Positions 36,230 to 48,761 of a stretch of 64,000 bases of DNA are shown here, one piece after another. The DNA is taken from contig RSEE01000041.1 of assembly GCA_003971905.1 (NCBI GenBank), forward strand, positions 248,001 through 312,000, in the 5' to 3' direction. The position numbers and the translations under genes are program-made. The DNA is from Moniliella sp. 'wahieum' (lineage: Eukaryota). Under the pieces are notes generated by a model. It worked only from the letters and a program-made list of their open reading frames with translations. It did no database searches and was not told where the DNA came from. Numbering within the stretch: position 1 is the stretch's first letter; every line of letters begins with the position of its first letter.

Positions 36230-38169
36230 GGGGGCAGGAGCGAGCGGGTGGTGGGCACACACGCACACTCGTCCTCGCCGCCTCGCCCGGCCTTGGCGGG
36301 CCACGGCGTGCCCAGGCCAGCGGTCACCGGTTAGCAGTAAATATTCCCCAGGAGACGCCGAGCCCAAGTGGCACTGCGGCAGGGGGGCAGTGTGCGGCCC
36401 GTCTGCCTCGGACTTTACAGTCGAGGATGCTTTCAGGTCTTGGCAGTTGCCCCGTTGCGCCGCCGAAGCCCCCCTTCCGCTGCGAGTCGAGTAACGCTTG
36501 GGCTACGCCGGCGGCCACGCCCAAGATGCTACCCACGCGTCCCCCGCTGGGGACCCACCCACGCAAACCACCTAGATGGCCGTGCTTCTGACGCGAGTGA
36601 TAGTCCACCATTCCATACCCCTTTCCCCCGCACCCATCTCGCCGTGGTCCACTTTCCCTGCGCGGTAGGGTTGAGCAAACATTTTATGTCCGGTGTGCTC
36701 AGCGCACTCAGCTCGCCAAGAGGCTGGGCTGCGGGCCGCGGGATGCGCTTACTGAAATGAGTCGGTCGTATCCCGCTTACTTCCTCAGCCGCCGCCACTT
36801 CGACAAGTCTTGGCTGGCACTTCACTTCACAATAACTATACCTGGCTCTCCTCTATGCCTGCAGCCGAGTGCCTCCGGTTGACCGAAACCAAGGCCAGGT
36901 TCACCTCCCACTCCCAACCCTGTCTGTTCTTGTCCTGGCAAATGCAAAAATGTGAACTGTTGCCGCCGGCTTTTTGAATAGCAGCTTGAATAAAATACCC
37001 ACGAGTTAATCCTGCTGACGATTGGGTGCACACCAAACACTAACCGACCTGAACGGCTGGCGCCCAGCGCTGAATTTCACCGGTATATAATACCCCCCTT
37101 TCACTTTGCGCTCACCTTTCCTGGCTTGACGCTTTGTCTGACTTATTTGAGACCCACTTCTGTCTGTCTCTTTGTGTTGGGTGGTGGGGCGCCATCGTAT
37201 ACCCGCGCGCTGCATCCACCTTGGAAAGGATTGGGGGGAACGAGACGGTTGTGGCGTACTGGCGATTCCCACGGGTGCCCTGATGGGTTAGCATGATAAC
37301 AGCAGACAGCCCCAAACAAAGCTGTGTCTGGGCGAGCTTGATATATATTGGAGCAAAGGGGGTGCTTTGGCCCACAGCCATATGAAGCTGAGATGTGTAT
37401 CTATATGGCTTTTCAACAGTAGGATGTGTGTGTTGCCACGGGCGTCGACTCCCGTCATGTACCCTTGTGATGTCTCCGACAACCTCTGTCTGTTACGTGC
37501 ATACTAGCAGCGTGAACAACCACGGATGAGATGTTGATTGGCGCAAGTCGCTGCTTATGGTGAACGTTCCCGTTCATCGATGAAGGACCCTCCACCAAGA
37601 CTCATGGCACCTTCACATTTCCCTCCCTGTTTGGCAAGAAGCGTACTTTACCGGTGAGGCACTGTTCTTGTAGGTTGAGAACATGTCATGGCAGTTCCTC
37701 AGCATCAGCGCCAATGGCTGGACGAACAATCCTTCCCGGCAGATCAAGTCGATCGATCAGAGAACTAGAATTTTTCTGCCAAACGACAAAAATCGAACCA
37801 ACAGACCGCCTGTCTACCCGCATTCGCTTCCCCAAACAGCTGATGTTCCAATACATTTATAAGAAACGAGTGGGCGATCAGGGCAAGCAAACGAGGGGAA
37901 TCCAAATGGATGATGAGAAATGGAATCCGTCCGTGACACCAGGTGGAAGGGGAAGTCTCAGAGCAGCGCCGTAAAAAAGGGGATAGGAAAGACACCAAGC
38001 CATGTTCTGGACGAAGCAGATACATGGATAGCTGGCGGCACATGAATAGCAGTGAGAGAAATAAGGAAGTGAGAACGGTATCATTGGCACTTTCGCCTTG
38101 CTGGAGGGTTAAACGAATGTGGGGAAAAGAGTAGGGGGAAGGAAGTAGTGGGGGGGTAGGAGGAAGGGG

Positions 38170-39531
38170 TTAGAGCAGAGCTGCCCCAGCAAGAAGGCGA
38201 CGGAGAGTCAACCCTTGGGCAAGCAACGACTTGATCCCGGCGGCGGGGGAGTGGGAGGTCGTAGAGCTCGACCCGGCCGCAGAGCTGGGGCTGGCTGCTG
38301 CTGCGCTCGAATGAGCATTGGACCCGGCGCTGGCGGCGGCAGAAGTGCTGCTGGCCACAACGGAGGAGCTGGTCGAGGTGACAGGGGGAGCAACGTAGTC
38401 AATACCCTTCAAGCCGTTGCTGATCGTCGCAATGGCCGTGCAGGAGCTGGCAGTAGGGTACGAGTATGGCGCCGAGGGAGTCACCTGGTCTGACTGGGCG
38501 TTCTGGAACGAGTAGGCCGTGGCACCAACAGTGTAGACGCCAGAGAAGTACTGCTGGAACGTCGACGTCGACCCATCGGGCTGCGGGTAGAGACCGGGCG
38601 GGTACGCCGAGTCGGATTCGCACGACTCAACGTGCCGTTGGAAATGTAGGTCTGAGCCATGACAAATCCGCATCCCATCTCGTCCAGCGTGTGCTGGCAC
38701 TCGACCGACGGCGTCGCTTCGTCCGAACCGGCAATGCACACTCGGAAGCACATTTCCGAAACGGAGATGTAGTTCATCCACTCTTCGTAGAACATCCGTC
38801 TTGCCATCCACAATGTTCGAGGTGACATTGCCGCCCACGGGGTTGCCCATGTTGGTCGCACCGTGCGGGTCAAGCTCGCCACCCATGTCACCAGGGCCAT
38901 GTTGATCTTGGTAAAGTCACCCGCGCGTACAGCTGAATGTAGAGGGGCGTCTTGACAAACTGCACTGCTGTCACCGTCCCGTCCGGCTGGCCAAAGAGGA
39001 GAAAAGTCAGCTTGGCGCTAACAGCCAGGAGAAGAAGAGGTAGGAAACACATACAATCACAGCGCGCATTGTTGCGAGGCTTGGTGCAATAGGCAACCGT
39101 GGTGGCCTCGAGGAAGCCCATGGATTGAGTGTTGTTGAGGGGCGCAGGACCAAAGGTGCACCAGTCGTCCACGCCATTGATGGTGGCAGGCGGGCATCCG
39201 AGGACTGGTTGACAGGCGTGTTAAGCGTCGGCTGGGTGGGGTTGGTTGGGCCGTTCTTGCCGCGGCCCTGGACACCCCAGTAGGTGTTGCTAGGAGTGCC
39301 GTAGGTGAAAGGTTTGGGGTCGACGGTGGACCAGACGCAGCACTGCTCGATGCGGTGGCACTGGAGGGAAGTGGCATCGTCGTCACGATACTGACGGACG
39401 AGGAGGACTTGGAGGCGGCGCGGCGGAAACGGGGTGGCAGCAGGGTTGTTGGGTGGAAAGCAAGCCCCCGGGCCGAGGCGGTACCGGCCGCAGCAAGGGC
39501 AGCAGTAACAAGGGCCGCCAGTGACGTGCAT
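38170..39531 (-). CDS. Secreted, probably GPI-anchored mannoprotein of the Cryptococcus MP88 / macrophage-activating glycoprotein family
   Basis: Signal peptide SLAALVTAALAAAGTASA; DDWCTFGP...VAYCTKPRNNAR|..PDGTVTAVQFVKTPLYIQ...GGELDPHGATNMGNPVGGNVTSN...EEWMNYIS...CFRVC...CQHTLDEMGCGFVM; S/T/A-rich tail and hydrophobic end. Confidence 0.82.
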
Positions 39532-42500
39532 CGTAACGAAAGACAAGAGGAGAAAGGGGAGGACGAAGCAGGAGGTGGTGTGGGGCAAGAAAGGCGCGGC
39601 TTGGGCGGGCGGGGCGGAGTGGAGTAGAGGGAGGGATGGATGTTATGCCCCTTGGAAGCGCGGCCAGGTTGGGCGAGCCGAGTCGTGGGGACTGGTCTGA
39701 GGCCAGTGGGCCGAGGCACTGCGCTGCGCTACGGCAGCGATGGGCGCGGTCAGTGTGCTGCGAAGGGGTTGGTTGCTTGGGCAGGAAGGTGCCTGAGGCT
39801 GGGAGGGAAGGGCTAGGCTGTCGGCCTGGCTCTGGCCCCCGGCTGAGCCAGCACCAGCCGCACACGGCAGGCCACGCGCCCTGGCGCTGCCGACCGCTGC
39901 CGGCGTGCCGCAGGGGGCGGCAGTCGGCAGCAGTGGCGCGGCATGGCTGATGCGCTGCCTGCCGGGCGCCCAGAGCGCACCTGCGCACCCGCCAGCACCT
40001 GGCCAGTGTCGCAGATCATGCAGTCAGCACGGGTCCATCGCTGATCGCGCATCATGCATCCCCTCTCATGCATCACAAATGCTCGCACGGCGCCTGATGG
40101 CCTGTCCATGTGGCACCAGAGCTGCGGTGGCATGACATGTGACACCGAGCTGTCACATGTCAATCCCCGCCCATGCAGGCGCCCTCGCGGTGCCCCCCGA
40201 AACCCATCCGCACCAACAATGCATTGGCCACCCGCCGCTCTCGGCTGGGCTCGATACCACTTGTCGATTGTCGCCCCAGTCCACTGTCAGCCCCCTGTCG
40301 AGTGCGACACATGGCACGTGACGCGTGACATGGGACGGTCACATGTCAGCATGCCGCATGTCCATGGCACATGTCAGACGTCCTATCGAAGGCACAGGCC
40401 CCCTGCCTCCAGCGCCCTGGCATCCACACCGAAATGCGCGCGTGCGCCTCTTCCAGCCTGCGCGGTCTAGCTCCCTCGGCGCCGATCTGTCCATCATGCC
40501 ATGCCGATGCGCCTCTGGGCGTAGGTGAAGTTGGTGACTACCGACCCTGACTCGTGACTAGCGCGGTCTGAGGCTCAGCTCAAGCTCAACTCAACACGTA
40601 CACAACAAGCTTCAAGCTTCGCGCTCTTCAAGCTTCAAGCTCTTCAAGCTTCAAGCTTCAAGCCTCAAAATGGCCCATCGATCGCTCATCGATCAGGCTC
40701 AGCGCGCTCATCGCGCCCATCGCGCTTCTGAGAGCAGTCAGTCTGAGATTCTGAGCAGACATCTGATTCGTGGTCCATGCATATGGAATGGCACGTGCAG
40801 CCGCCGATTGCCAATCCAGTCCAAGGATCGGCATTGCCCTATCATTAATGGCACGATGAGACCATCGCAACATCATATGCAACGACCATAGACCATCGCA
40901 GGCCATCCATCATCGGTGTCAGCCAGAACCGCACCTGCGGACGCTGATCGCAAGGCGACGAGGGTACTGGTATTGAAGCTTTTGAAGACTGAGTAACCGA
41001 GTAAGTGGCCAATACATACGGATGTAGATCTCTCAGATCTGAGAAGAAGATAAGAGGGAGGAATGGTACAAGTCAAAGGATAGGGATACTGGCGTTGTGC
41101 TCGGATGTATAAGAGGGTCAGAGGGTGACCGGTGACCTCGGAGGTGGGCTGGCCAATTGAATATTGACCCCTTCTGGTCAACACCACGCTAATGCGCGCT
41201 GCGCGCTACCACATCCAGTTTTCCATCCAACCTCTGTCACTATCGCTGCGTTCCCTATTTCATGCACCATGGCAGCTTCCCTGGCCTCTCTGGACCGCGG
41301 CATGCGCATCTGCCCTGCACAGAAGACCGACTGCTTCGGATTCTTCGGTTCCTGAATATGATACCCCCACGGACTCTGCGTACACGATGATCATCATTCA
41401 CATGATTGGCCGCCGGTTACCGACTCCGCCTGTACATCGCATGCCACATGCCAGGCGTGGGGCAGTGTCCCCAGGGGGCAGGACCGCAGCGAGCGCCAGC
41501 GCGCCAGTGTCCAAATGATCGGCGCGAGCTGTTCGCGGGAGCCAACGGCCGGCCGGCACACGCAACAGAAGAAGGATGATGTGCAGCGAACCCGAGCGGC
41601 CACCAACGCCGCCTGGCTCGAATACTAGGCCTAGGATCCCGCCGGCTGGAGTGGCAGGAGTGGCTCCGTGCTCAGCGGCTCAGCGCTCGTACTTCGTGCG
41701 CTGCTACAGGTCGATGACCCGACTGACAAAAACCGTGCAACATCGGTCAGTGTATGCCGCTGCACTCGCCTTTTCTCTCACTATACACCTCGATCGAGAG
41801 TGGTAATCAATATTCAATGTCCTTATCCCCACCTCGTATGACCTGCTCGTCCCTGAGCACAGCACCGGCACTACCGCAGAGCTAAAGTTCCTCTTCCTCA
41901 GCATTGCATCCCTCCTCTGCATTTCTTCGTTGTGGTGCTCCTCTGCGCTGTGTGTGTACGGGGTTGCTGGCTTCCCACTGCAGGCAAGACCTCGCCCATC
42001 GGGGACGATACACACGGAGGACTGGACGTGTTTTCCAAATTCCAAGGAACACTGGCGTGAACGTAGAAGGGAGTAGTTGTTACTGTTCTGTCGGGCAGAC
42101 TGCTGAATTTCAGCGTTCCGTCATAAGGAGGTTGCCATTGGGGGCCGCACGAGAAAGCGGGGAGTCCCGATGTGAAGGGAGGGCAGCGGCTGATCCGAAA
42201 GGTCGTTCTCTAGAGTGGAGTTTGCCTAGAAGAAGGATGAAGGGAAAGAGAGGAATGGTAGCGGCTTAGGCCATTACACTTGGATCCAGAGCAGGCAGGT
42301 TTTTACGAGAAGAAGAAGGGGAAGAAAGAAAAGCCAACAAGTTTACAGCTCAAAAGGGAACGAGTCAAAGGCAGAAAGTCAAGGCGAGGCGACGGTCAAG
42401 GACAAAGCGGGCCGAGAAGAGAACGAGGCGAGAAAGCGAGTCGAAAGCATTATGTGTAGTGTTTTGGATTTTTGACGAGCGCGAGCAGAGAAGAAAGATT

Positions 42501-42958
42501 TTTGTTGTGGGTTTTCTATAGATAGGCCGAGAATCCGAGTTGCTATAGCGAAAGATAGACCTGAGTAGTGATAGGAAGAGAAGCCGAGAAGCGAGAGCGA
42601 CGATCATTTAAGGAAGTGGAGGTGGCTGTGCAAAGTGACTATAATCGTCGCCCCGACGTGACACTGTGTGGATCTTTCGGATTGACTGGAAGGTGCGCTA
42701 GTCCTCCGAAGAACAGCCGCTTGTATGTGGCTGTAGCTGAACAGGCTGTAATCTGTCCCACCGCCCTTGGGTCCTCCTCCCTCCTAGTCCACGGCCACAA
42801 CACCAGAGAGCATCTCGCCCAGCCCACCCTCTCCCCCCTGGGTCTCGGTACCAAAAGAAAGTGTATGACTGCTCGCCAGGAACTTATAGCTTCGTTTCCA
42901 CTTCGTTCAGGTCTTACTACCAGGTTTACTTCCCTTCCTCGGAAATGATCCGAAGAAG

Positions 42959-43385
42959 ATGGATATGGATGACACTAACAACCGCGGTCTGCTGCCCATT
43001 CTCCAGACGCTTCCCCCCCCCCGCCTATCCCAAGGTGGCTCATACATTTGTATACCTGAGCCTGCCTTCCAAGCTAACACTGGTCCGTATGCAGCTCTCC
43101 CTCCTCCCCAGCTGACCGACAAGAATCGGACCGAGCGCCACCCTCAGCAGATTCGTCACATCCTCAAGAAGACGGGTGCATTGGGAGCACCGTTGATAGG
43201 CCATTTGCAGCGCAGCAGCACCCGCAGAAATATGTCGCTGTTTTGGTGACGAGCCGGTGGAGCGCAAGCGCACTACCCGGGTTCCCCTCCCCGCTTCAAG
43301 ACGCCTACGCCCACTGTTGGAACTCTACTCCGGGCCGAAGAGGATCCGGTGATGCTGGACGTCGTGCCTCGATGCGACGGCTGAT
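42959..43385 (+). CDS. Possible small orphan gene (frameshifted)
   Basis: Protein-like fragments MDDTNNRGLLPILQTLPPP...RHPQQIRHILKK and GDEPVERKRTTRVPLP followed by a U-rich 3' region; no domain recognised. Confidence 0.25.
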
Positions 43386-44541
43386 TGATGGCACTTTCTT
43401 CTGTCCCACCTACCTTTTTATGGACTGGGTCTAAAGTTCCTTTTATCACGGTTTCTCACCCATTTTCCCTAACACCCTCATATACCGATCCCTGTATTCC
43501 CCCTGATCTCTGCCTATGTCTATCTGATTCTGAGTTTTGTTGGCTTTCCTGTAGTCTCGATATGAATGTGGGCTTTCGCCACCTCAGCTCTCGTATATAT
43601 ACCTTCCTTATACATTCAATCACCTATTAATTGTTGGGTGGGTGCGCGACTTACGGCAACAGATGCGAACACTGTACAGTGCGGAGAGTTGCTTGTGCCC
43701 GCACCAGTCTGTTATGGATGTAACCCAACAAATGGGGTCGGGAGGGAAACTGTATCGCCGCAACCATGCTGAGAGCAAATGATCTCAGCAGAGAATAGCT
43801 GGGATCCAAAACTATTTCATCTCAAAGCGCGATCGTATTTATATCTCGGCATCCTTTCCTATCATTACCTCTCTCTTGCTTGCACGGGAATCGTCAAACA
43901 ATGTCACCGCCGCGCGTCACTTGAGCGCACAAGAGGGTTGGCGTAACGTCGATGCTCTCGCCAATTGTGCGCAACCGAAATGTTTTGGCCCACTGGATAT
44001 ACGGCCGAATTGGTACGCTCAGGGAGCCAATGAGATGAGTGCGCTTGTCGATGGCGCGTGGGTCGGGGGGGTTATACTAACAAAACGAGGACGGACCAAC
44101 AAGATCGATTGATAATAGTGTGACCGTAGCCGGTCATGTGAGAGGGGCGCCACGTCCAAGAGTTTTGGCCACGAAATCCCATTGCAAGCCTGCAAGGCAT
44201 CATCCAACGCACCGTCACTGATTGCCGTCATTTCAGCGTTAGCTATGGGAATGGCGATACTTCCCTGCTGAGTGCTCTACTAATAAACCGAAAGGCACCC
44301 GACGAGCACACGATGATGGCCGTGCCCACCACGCCGCCAGGGATCATGGGCTCTCTCTTGGGGAAGCTCATACCGCTACTAGAGATCGGAGGGACAATCC
44401 CTCCTTAGCGAATCGATCGTTGTTCATCATGGAGTGACCGTAGCCCCAATGGACTGAGGCCCTGTTGCGCCCGGGTCATGGTCGATGTCTACTTTTGCTC
44501 CAGCCAATCAATGGTACACAGGTTAGATGCAATACATGGCT

Positions 44542-46070
44542 CTACACTCGCCTCCGTTTGGCCGGCAAGGAGGCCAAAAGTGGCTCATCGTCATCGCTGC
44601 TCTGGGTAAGATCCAAGGACTCAGGTCGTGTGACGGGGCTGGGCAGATGCGGAGTGGGGAATGTGGCAGGAGGATCAAACAGAGCGGCGGTGGCGGTAGC
44701 TATAAGGGAAGCAGCCTCGGACATGTCCATCGCTCCTGAAGCCTGTTTTGGGGCCGAGGATGTGTTGTCGGGTACGGCCTCAGCTGCCATCTTGACGTCC
44801 GACTCGTCCACTTGCAGTCGACGCACCGGGTATTTCCTTCCTAGCTCGAACGAATTTTCCTCAGCTTCGGGAGGCTCGGTGAACCAAGAATAGAGCAACG
44901 CTTGCTCCGCGGTGACCCTCCGCAGGGGATCGTAAATAAGCAGTGCCTCCAGCAGCCGCACCCCATCCAGCGCAGCGGCCAAGGCGGCGGCAGGCACGTT
45001 TCTGTAGGACCCGCGGACACGACTGCCAAACCACATTGCTAGCCGTTTCCCGCTGGACACGCTATCCCCCCCCATCTTGCGTCCCGCATGAGCTGCCAAA
45101 TCCGCGCATCTGGCATCGCTTCAAACATGGGCCACTCCTCCTTGGTAAAGGGGCCGAGGACTTCGGTGATGCGGTCCAGTTGGTCCTTTTGGAACGGCAC
45201 AGCCTTTGTCTTGGGATCCATCTTAGCCTCCTCGCCCTTGAACATGGGGCGTAGCGCCACCAGTTCTCCCAATATGCATCCCACTGACCACACATCAATG
45301 GCCGGAGTTGTAATGTCGAGTACCCAATAACAGTTCAGGGGAGCGGTAGTAGATTGTCACGACCACCTTGTCTGCCGCATAGAGCGCAGTTAGAGGCTGG
45401 TAGCAAATCCGGGCCAGACCCAAGTCTCCAATTTTGACCCTGCCGTCAGCAGTGACCAGCACGTTGGCCGGCTTGAGGTCACGATGCAAAACCCAGTTTG
45501 CATGGAGGTAAGCGACCCCCTGGAGTATCTGGTACATGATGCTCTTAACAGTGCGGATGGGAATGGGGGCACGGAGTACAGTAGCGTGGTAGTGGATGAT
45601 CTGGAGAAGGTCGTGCTCCGCATACGTAAACACAAGATGGACCGCAGCGCCTTCGAGGATGACCTCGCGCATACCCACCAGGTTCTCGTGCCGCAGCTCC
45701 CGACAAAGGGCAATTTCGCGCATGGCCGATTGGCTCAGCCCAACGTAGGTCCGTTCGCCTTCTTTTTCAGGCTTGAACTTCTTGATCGCATAGAGCGCCT
45801 CGGCCTCGTCTTCCCCGGGGTTGCGCAGTTTGGCCTTGTATACCTTACCATACGTTCCAGAGGAAATAAAGCCCATAATGATGTACTTGGACCGCAGCGC
45901 ACTCCGATCCGCGTCCCTGTGGCTGTACCACGCCCGTGTCGCAGCTCGGCACTGGCATCGGTTGGGACAAAAGCGCGCGCGCGGACGTATCTCTGGGGCA
46001 AAGGGATAGGTGCCGGCTGTGAGGATTCAGGCGCCGCGTCGTTCGCAGTGCTCCGAGCGGCACGCGGCAT
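44542..46070 (-). CDS. SSN3: Mediator kinase CDK8 (Ssn3/Srb10)
   Basis: GFISSGTYGKVYKA, YAIKKFKPEKEG, GLSQSAMREIALCREL (SxSAxRE cyclin-C helix), LHRDLKPANVLV, KIGDLGLAR, DKVVVTIYYRSPELLLGTRHY, EAKMDPK.K.VPFQKDQL. The start is uncertain. Confidence 0.95.
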
Positions 46071-46314
46071 GCCAGCCACGTCCAAGAGCCAAAAGTAGAA
46101 GAAGGCAGTGGTGGTCCGGTCAAGCGAGGCGAGGCTGCGTGGCGGCATTAGCGGTGTTACCTAACCCAGGTTATTTATTTGTTCACACGCGGACGTCATC
46201 TCGTCGTATCACGTTTCTTCGCCGCCACTCATTTCTCAACGTCCAACTCCTCTTGCGCACAGTGACCCTGGGGGCGCAGGCCGGCCACATTCAACACATC
46301 AACGCCCAAAGCCG

Positions 46315-46947
46315 ATGCAACGCAGTCTCCTCCCTATTCCAACTGCTGCTTTCGTCTTTCATTGCTTCCCCATCAGCGCCAGACTCTCCTCCTGCCGCTT
46401 CCCTTGCCGCACCCGACGCTGCTTGACAACCACCACGACTCCCCACTTTTCCTTCCGGCAGCTGTTCCAGGGCACATCCTCTACCCCTCAGGTGGCAGAC
46501 AGCTCAGCAACCAGTCCCAGTTTCCCAAAGGCAAGAGCGAGAGCGAGTGGCGCGCCCAGCTTAGTCCGGCCCAGTTTCGCATTCTCCGGGAAAAAGGCAC
46601 GAACGCCCGGGAACCGGCGCCTACGATCACTTTTACGAAGACGGGATCTACACTTGTGCCGGTTGCCACACCCCGTTGTACAAGTCGACGACCAAGTTCA
46701 ACTCTGGCTGTGGATGGCCCGCTTCTTTGACGCCATCCCTGGAGCGATTGACCGGCACGTGGACTATAGTTTGAACATGAAGCGGATTGAGATTACCTGC
46801 CACAACTGTGGCGGTCATCTGGGCCATGTGTTTGAAGGTGAGGGTTTCAGTACGCCCACCGATGAACGCCATTGTGTCAACTCCATCTCTTTGAACTTCA
46901 CCCCAGCCGAGTCCAAGGATATCAAGGAGACGGCCGCCAAGGGCTAG
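46315..46947 (+). CDS. MXR2: Peptide-methionine (R)-S-oxide reductase MsrB, Zn-binding, with probable mitochondrial presequence
   Basis: KSESEWRAQLSPAQFRILREKGT, YTCAGC, KFNSGCGWP.FFDAIPGAI, EITCHNCGGHLGHVFEGEGFSTPTDERHCVNSISL across several frameshifts. Confidence 0.95.
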   Translation: MQRSLLPIPTAAFVFHCFPISARLSSCRFPCRTRRCLTTTTTPHFSFRQLFQGTSSTPQVADSSATSPSFPKARARASGAPSLVRPSFAFSGKKARTPGNRRLRSLLRRRDLHLCRLPHPVVQVDDQVQLWLWMARFFDAIPGAIDRHVDYSLNMKRIEITCHNCGGHLGHVFEGEGFSTPTDERHCVNSISLNFTPAESKDIKETAAKG

Positions 46948-47104
46948 ACACCCTTTTTACCTACCCACACCTTTTTGCGTTGCACTGCCTGTGGTTAATT
47001 ACATGCTCCATCTCCTTCACCCTCTTCTAGTACACAATGAAAAATGTTCTTTACTCGACCAGAATAGTATTCTTCTGGCTGCCACGCCAACTGCCCCGGA
47101 TCGC

Positions 47105-48355
47105 TCAGTACGGCCTGAAGCGGCGAGTCTCTTGAGCTGAGCGACTTTCTCTGTATCCTTCTTGAACTGCTCCCGTAGCGCAGCCAATTCGTCCCGCTTC
47201 TTCTCGGTTCGCTGGAACTTGTAGAATCCCTCCAATTCGGGCTTCTTCTTCTTCTGTTCTGCGCCTCGAGTGCCGCAGCGGCACGCTTCCGGGCCGCACT
47301 GCCCTTTTTGGGCTCCAGCGGTACGCCAGACTCGACAATAATAAAACCATCCTCGTCGAGCAACTCGCCATTCGGACCCCGCGCCACAGCCTTGATGCCC
47401 TGGCGTTTGGAACGCTTGACTTGCCCACGCAGTTCCTCCAGCGCCTCAGCGGCGGCAGGATGGGAGCGGAGGAACTCGTGTCGGAGCACGGCAGCGTCGG
47501 CATAGGCCCGTACCGTAGGTAGAGGCGGGCGTTCTCGGCGATACCCTTGCAGGAGGTAGTTAAGTCCGGTGGGAGGAGCGGTCAGGCCGGCCTCGGCGGC
47601 AGCCTGGGATGCGGTGAGGGGCTTGGTACTGCGACGACGTTGGCCTGTGTGGGAAAACGGGGCATCCTCCTCTTTCCTCCGTACCTCCAGTCCAGCAAAC
47701 GGATTCGGCCAGCCAATTTGGCTCAGCCTGCCCGACTGGCCATCTCCATGGCGCGATCCCGTACTGGCGCCTCTACAAACACCACGTGGGCCGATGAGCC
47801 GGAGTTCAGCAGCGGAGCGTAGCCTGCTGCGAGCCGGTCAGGGGCACCCTCGCATCGAGGGGTGGCAGAGGCACCTCAGGTGGAAGGTCAGCAAGGGGGC
47901 CTTGGGATTGCTCCTCCATTCTCGTTCAGAGCAGCACGGACGTCGCCATCTTCCTCCTCGGCCTCGAGCGAGGGGGGAGGGGCCTGGTCGGTGGCGCGGG
48001 TCCTTGGGAAGCGTACACGCTCCACCGCCCCAGCCGAGAGGAAGAGGGTCTTGAGGTGGAGTGGCGTGGCATCGACTGGCAGATTTACCACAAACAGAGT
48101 GCGTTCGGGAGGGAGGGTCTGCTTGCCAGCACGTTTGGCCTGCAAGTCGGCAGGAGATGCTTCATGGGCGCGGACGTAGAGGTAGTGGACCGAGGAGCGG
48201 CCATCGACCGCGTTCATCCGCAGGGGGACGGCGACAAAGGATGTGACCTGCACGGGAGCAGGAAGCGAAGCGTTCGGCTTCTTGGATGAGCTGGTGGTCT
48301 TGGTGCTCTCCTTGCGGCTCTCCTTGGTGCTCTCCTTGGTGCTCTTCTTGCCCAT
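47105..48355 (-). CDS. RRP7: Ribosomal RNA-processing protein 7
   Basis: HYLYVRAH; RRM-like RTLFVVNLPVDAT; C-terminal DEDGFIIV, FYKFQRTEKKRDELAALREQFKKD and RRFRPY*; N-terminal KEST repeats. Confidence 0.9.
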
Positions 48356-48761
48356 TCTGCTGGTGTGGCTGTCCTGCGTGGTGCCGCAGGAGGTGCGGTC
48401 CCTGTCGAGTAAACGAGCGGCCACAGCGTCGAAAAAATTACCATTCCGCCCTGCGCGCATTCCGCCCTGCGAGAAAGCGGGGGCAGACGAGGGGCATTTG
48501 AAATGTGCAAAGCCCCGCCGGGCAACGTGGAGCGGCTGAGGTCAGCAGATCCACACACCGCACAGGGGCAGTGTGTCGCCTGTCGGGGCTGGCGGCTCGC
48601 GCTCAGCGCTGCTCTCACCGATGGGACTCATCGGTGAGGCGCATCGCCCATCGCCATCGATTCGCTCTTGGCGCGCAACGCCGCATTCTTGGCTGCTGGC
48701 CATCGCATCCACCCCGCCCCGCCTCCTCTCTATCCCGCCCCGCCACGCGCCGCTCTGCGCC

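Noticed and set aside
46860..46890. Selenocysteine-type MsrB
   Set aside because: The catalytic codon is TGT (RHCVNS); there is no in-frame TGA at that position.
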